Made by a program: the position numbers and the translations under genes
Origin: Cyanophora paradoxa CCMP329
Taxonomy: Eukaryota > Plantae > Glaucophyta
NCBI GenBank assembly: GCA_004431415.1
Contig: QPMI01000017.1
Span: 496,001-560,000 of the forward strand
Length of the DNA stretch: 64,000 nucleotides
Reading direction: 5' to 3'
Notes under the pieces: generated by a model
The model's database searches: none
What the model was told of the DNA's origin: nothing
The model's input: only the letters and a program-made list of their open reading frames with translations
Part shown: positions 58,579 through 64,000 of the stretch, piece by piece
Position numbering within the stretch: the first letter of the stretch is position 1
How the letters are laid out: every line of letters begins with the position of its first letter

Positions 58579-61500
58579 CTAAGAGCCGCGAAACAAGCGC
58601 TGGACGGTCTCGGCGAGGGTCTGCCGCCGGATCGGCTTCGTGAGGAAGTCGTCGGCCCCCAGCGAGAGCGCCTCGGCCCGGTCCTCGGGGAGGCTGTTGG
58701 CCGTCACGAAGACTGCGGGGTACGGGGTCAAAAGAGCGGGAGGGGGGTACGTGAAAGGGGGTGATCGGACCGATTGGGACGCGGGCGGCGAAGCCGCGGG
58801 CCTCGGCGGCGCGGATTCGGCGGCAGGCCTCCCTCCCGTCGCACACGGGCTGCGCGGCGCTCGGCGGGGGGCGAGCAGGGAGGGGGTACGCGCGCGCACC
58901 ATCTCGACGTCGAGTAGGATGATGCCGTACCCGCCGGGGTCCTCGGCGTGCCGCGCTGCGCCCCGTGTCGGAAGGGACCGAGGGCGGGCCCGGGCGGGCC
59001 GGCGCGGCGCTGGGCACCGCAGGCCTCCTCGCCGTTCTCGGCGGTGTCGACCCTGTACCCCAGCTGCTCCAGCATCCGCCTGGCGAGGAGGAGGTTCGTC
59101 CGTATGTCGTCCACGAGCAGCACCCGAAGCGCCGGGGGCGGCGCGGGGGGCGGCGGCGCGGCGGCGGGGGCGGGGGCCGCCGCCGGCGGGGCGGGACCAA
59201 GGGCCGGCCCGCCCCCCGGCCTGCGCGATCGCAGGGCGTCAAGCCGGGTACAGGGCAAGAGGAGGGGGGTACCCACCCGAGGGCCGCGGCGACGGCCTGG
59301 GCGAGGAGCGTGGGGCGAAGGGCGGCGCGGGGCTCGGCGAGGCTGGCGCAGCGGGGGAAGCCCTCGGGGCGGGGCCCGTCGGTGACGAGGAGCGGGGGCG
59401 GGCCGGGGCCGCCCAAGGGCGCGAGGCGGGCGCCCCACTGGCCCAGGTGGTACTCGACGAACGCCGCCAGCGACGGGGAGGAGGCGGACACGGCGCAGGG
59501 CTCCCCCGCCAGCGCCGGCCACTCCACGGGGCCGGCGCCCTCCTGCGCCCGGGGCCGGCGGCCTCGCGTCAGTCGAGCCGACTTCATAGCACAGCACAGC
59601 GTAGCGGCGGGCGCGCCTGGCGCTCGAGGGTGAAGGAGGCCCAGAAGTGGGAGCCGCGGCCCGGCTCGGAGAGGACGCCGGCGGCGCCGCCCATGTTCTC
59701 GGCGAGGCGGCGGACGATGGCGAGGCCGAGGCCGGTGCCCTGGAACATGCGCGTGTGCCCGCGGCCGTCCCGCGGCAGCTGCTGGTAGGGGATGAAGAGG
59801 AGGCGCTGCAGGTCCCGCGGGATGCCTGCCCCCGCGTCCACCACGCTCACCCGCACTCGCACGCAGCCGGCGGCGGCGGCGGCGGGGAGGGACCGCCGCC
59901 GCGCCGGCGCCGGCGCCGGGGGCGGGGCCTGCGGGTTGGGGCCCGGGCCCGGGGTCGGGTTCGAATCCAGGGCAGCCCGCAGCTCCACGCGACTTCCACG
60001 CGGGGAGAACTTCACGGCGTTGCTCAGGTAGCTGCGCGCGGGGCGGCGTGAGAAGATGTCGCGGTGGGAGAGGGAGGAGGGCGGGGGTAGGCACTTCATC
60101 GCGATGCGGCGCACGGCGGTCGGATCGCCGCGGACGGCTCGGGGCACGTCTCCGGCAATGCGAACCGCGAGCTCTGGGGTACGCGGCTCGAAAGAGGGAG
60201 GAACTGAGGGAAAGGTACGGGCCGCACCGATGCCGGCGTCGCGGGCCGTTCGCTCCACCAGCGCCGCCGTCTCTGCGGGGTACCGTTCAGTGCAAGTGGA
60301 CGAAGCGCGCCGGGGGGCGGGGGGGTACCCTCGAGGCAGGCGGCGAGGTCGAAGGGGGCTACCGCGCTCTCCCCGCCCTCTTCCCCCTCCTCGAGTTTCG
60401 AGTACTCCAGTATCTGGGGGTACAGGGCTCAGGAAAGCGGGAGAAGACGAAGGGTTCAAGGGCGCGCCTCGTTCATGAGGGAGAGGAGGACGTTCGAGGA
60501 GCTCCCGATGTGCTCCTGGGGTGCGCGTCGCTCGACCGCGAGCGGGCGGGCGGGGGGTACGGGGTTGCGCGCACGATGTACTCGCGCTGCTCGGCGGAGA
60601 AGGGCGTCTCCCCGTGCGAGTCCACGAGGAGCTGGTGCATGCCTGCCGGCCGGGGCGGGGGCGCGAGGTGAGATTTCGAGAGAAGCAAGGGCGGGGCGCG
60701 GGCACCGAGGATGCCGTTGACTGCTCGCGATCGCGCGCGACGGGCGGGGCGCGTCAGAGGCGCGGAGGCGGGCGAGGGGACGGCGGCGAAGGAGCGCACG
60801 CGGCGTGCGGAGGTCGTGCGTAATCTGAGACGGAAGCGAGCGCCGCGTCAGAGGGGCAGGGCGAGACAAGGAAGGTCAGCGGCTTCGGCGCGCGACTCAC
60901 CATCGCGAACCAGCGCCGGTGCACGCGCCGCAACTGCTCCTCCGCCTTCACGCGGGCCGACACGTCGCGGACTGTACCCGGCCCGGCCCGGCGGCATGAG
61001 CGGCGGGGTGCAGGGCCAAGCGCCGCGCATCGCACCGAAGACCGCGAAGCGGCGGCCGGGCGGCGCGGGCTTCTGACCGGCCTCGCCCGAGCCCGAGGGG
61101 GTACCGAGGGCGACTTCGGACCCCCCCGCGAGGGTCGTCACGCAGATCTCGACCTCCATGCGCCCCACCGACCCGTCCGCCTCGCTCGTGAGGGCGTACC
61201 CCCCGAACACGCGGTTCACCAGGTCCTCCCAGGAGCCCCAGCGGGGGGTACCGGTACCGGAGGCCGGGGACGCGGCGGGGGAGGAGCTGCGGGAGCGGAG
61301 GGCGGAGAGGGGTACGGGCCCGGCGGCCTCCTCGCCGGCGGGGGGGCAGAGGGAGAGGAGGTCCTCGAGGCGCTGGCCGGCGAGGGGCCGCCGCCAGAGG
61401 CGCTCGGCCGCCGGGTTCGCGCTCACGACGCTCAGCTGCGCCGGGGATGAGAGGGGGACGCAGGAAAGGGGGGTACTGAAAATACTGCGCACGTCTCCGT

Positions 61501-64000
61501 CGAGCGTGACGATGGCGTCGTGCGCTGCGCGGGGCGCGGCCGCGGGTCAGGACGATCGCAGCGGGGAAAGATTCATGAGGAGGAGGAGGCCGTCGGCCGG
61601 ACCGTTCGCTGCGAAATACGACGATCAGAACCTTCCTAGGAAGAAACGATCTAAAAGGCCGCGCAGCGCACCGAAGATGGCGCCGATTTCGTTGGCCTTA
61701 CGCTGCAGCGACTCGTACAGGCGCGCGTTCACGATCGAGATCGCCAGCTGCGGGGGGAGGGGGCTCGGGGCGGGCCGGGGCGGGCCGAGGAACTGGAGCC
61801 GGGGCGGGCGGGCGGGGGGGGTACCTGGCTGGAGAGGACGGTGAGGGTCTCGATGACGGCGGGCGTGAAGGCGCCGCGCAGGAGCCTGTTCTCGAGGTAG
61901 AGGCAGGCGATGGGGCGCCCCGCGTGGAGGATGGGGAGGGCGAGGAGGGCGAGGGGCCCCGCCCGGGCCACGTAGGGGTCCCGCCGCAGGTCGAGGCCCT
62001 CCTCCGAGGAGGCGGCGGAGGAGGGCGGCGACGAGGCGTCGTGCACGAGGGCGGGGCGCTCGGTGCAGAGCGCCCACTCGACGGCCCGCACGGAGAGGAG
62101 CGAGCCGGCGGCGCGGAGGGGCACGCCCTGCAGCGTCCGCAGGCGCATGGCGGGGGGCGCCGGCCCGGGGCCGGGGCCCGAGGGGGGGGCGGCCCCCTCC
62201 CCTTCGGGCTCCTCCACCTCGCCCGAGGCCTCCACGAGGAAGTCCCGCGTACCCCCCCGGGGCCCGGCCCCGGCCCCGGCCCCGTTCTCGGCGCCTTCGC
62301 GCTCCAGGACCTGCGGGCGCTAAGAAGGAGGGGGAACGGGGAGTGGGGGGAAGGCACGAGGAAGCCGCGCTGGGCGCCGGAGATCTCGATGCAGACGGCG
62401 ACGAGGCGCTCGAGGAGGCGCCCGAGCTCGATCTCCCTCGACAGCACCTGCGAGCACTGCGCGGCGCGGGGCGAGGGAGGCTCAGGAGAGGAGGGGCGGA
62501 CAAGTGGGCGGGCGGGCGGGCGGGCGGGGCGCCTGGACGAGGGCGCTCCAGTTGAGGGGGTCGTACCCGCCCTCGCCCCCGCCCGACGTGGAGCCGGGGC
62601 GGGCCCCCAGGCGGTCGGAGAAGGAGCTCGAGCGGCCGCCGCCGCCCACGCCGCCGCGGGCCCGCGACGACGACGAGAAGGACGCCCGCCGGCGCTCGCC
62701 CGCGGAGCCGGCGGCGCCGGCGGCGGCGGCCCCCGGGGCGTGCGGCGCCTCGTCCGCCGCGTGCTCGGAGGGGGCCGCAGAGCGGGGGCCTGCGCGCGGC
62801 GAGGCGCTGGTTGCGCTGCTCGTCGGCCCGCCGCTGCCGGCCCCGCCGCCGCCCGCCCCGGCGGCTCCGCCCCGCCCCCGGCCCCGCTCCCGCCCCGGCC
62901 GCAGACCAGGGAGAGGTCCAAGAGGGGGAGCGGCGCGGCGGTCGGCGCTGCGGCGGCCGCCGCTGCGGAGGGCGCGGAGCCGCGGCGAAGCCTGGCGGCG
63001 CCGCCGGGGGCGCCCCAGGCGTCGCAGGTCGCCGCCGCGGCCTCGCGGTACGCGCCGGCGGCGAGGCCCATGCCGCACTCGGCGGCGAGGCCCGCCGCGC
63101 GCTCCGCGCAGAGCGCAGAGACGAAGCGGACGCCGGCCGCCTCGGCCGCGGCGCGGGCGGCCTCGTAGGCGGCGAGGGCGGCGGGGCCGGCGCCGGCGGC
63201 GCGCTGGCGCTCGGCGAGGAGGAGGCGGTGCCAGCCGAGCCAGTTCTGGGGCCCCGTGGCGGCGTGCACGCCGGCGCGGGCCGCGTAGTACTCGAGGCGC
63301 GACTCGAGGCGCGCACGCTCGGCCGGCTCCAGGGGTGGCGCCCACGCCGGCCGGCCCTCCTCCTCCCCCGGCGAGAGCCGCTGCGGGGCGCTCGCTCGCT
63401 CGCTCGGGGCGGGAAGGTGGAGGGCGGGATCGAATTCAAAGCGCACGATGCCGAGGGCGAGGCCGAGGGCGAGGCAGGTCATCTGCTCGCAAGAGACCGC
63501 CTGCCGCACGTCGTACGCGTCCGCCGCGAGAGAATCGTACGCCTCCGCCACACGCCACGCCTGGCCAGAGATCAGGCCGTGAGGAGGGAGGGAGGGATGG
63601 AATGGGGCAGAGGCGGGCGGGCGGGCGGACCGCGGCGGGGTTGTTGCCGGCGAGGAACCGCATGATGGAGGCGAAGCAGTAGAAGCTCTTCGCCCTGGGG
63701 TACAGTGAGCTTTCCGAGGGCGGAGGGGAGGAAGGCGGGCGGACCAGTGGGGCGGCAGGGCGGCCACGTCGGCTTGGAGGCGAGCCGCGTCGAGCTCGAC
63801 GGCCAGCGGCTCGGCGGGGCTCGGAGCCGGGGCGAAGGGGCCCAGGCCCTCGTCGCAGGGGTGCCCCTGCGGCGCGGTCGGCCCGGGTTTCGGCCGGGGT
63901 GGGTTATGGGATTCGCACGCGGAGGGCGCGGGCGGTGGCGAGGAAGGGGCCCGTCACTTGGGCGAGCAGCGCCGACCGCGTCTGGCTGAAGAGCCGGACC
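58579..64000 (-). CDS. Hybrid sensor histidine kinase, 3' part: TPR-like helical region - GAF - PAS - HisKA - HATPase_c - degenerate REC - REC; resembles the Ser/Thr-kinase-AAA-GAF-HK family
   Basis: PQNWLGWHRLLLAE...AYEAA...WGA; GAF SQVLSREIELGRLL...LYLENRLLRGAFT...LSSQ|LAISIVNARLY; H-box ITHDLRTPLNGILG; YLSNAVKFS, DAGAGIP, GTGLGLAIV; REC VLLVDD...LLDVEM|PVCDG...TAN...GADDFLTKP. The 5' end runs beyond the window. Confidence 0.92.

Overview
This is eukaryotic nuclear DNA: very GC-rich, gene-dense, and broken by many short (about 50-90 nt) spliceosomal introns, so the ORF track is mostly misleading and the genes had to be spliced by hand. Two plastid-targeted genes have a Phe near the N-terminus of the transit peptide (MAFAV..., MDHTSPAF...). 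With the GC content and intron style, this suggests a glaucophyte alga such as Cyanophora (inference). About 18 genes are supported. They include a coiled-coil protein, an EF-hand-like protein, a His-rich repeat protein, a coiled-coil RING protein, a plastid DEAD-box helicase, a FruK/PfkB-type sugar kinase and Mg-protoporphyrin monomethyl ester cyclase (CHL27/AcsF). Also present are a beta-helix protein, DGAT2, EF-1beta, a RINGv ligase, EAF, THYN1/EVE, an F-box protein and the 3' part of a GAF-PAS hybrid histidine kinase. The standout is a ~16.3 kb, lower-GC, many-exon gene (22760-39057, +) that no single ORF reveals. Spliced, it encodes four tandem TIR domains, each with the catalytic-position Glu, then a bacterial-type post-TIR helical linker interrupted by FN3 domains and one transmembrane helix with type II topology. 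The ectodomain is a predicted beta-propeller, an FN3 and four CUB domains. It looks like an 'inverted Toll-like' enzymatic TIR receptor in an alga. All domain calls come from motif recognition by eye; no database searches were run.
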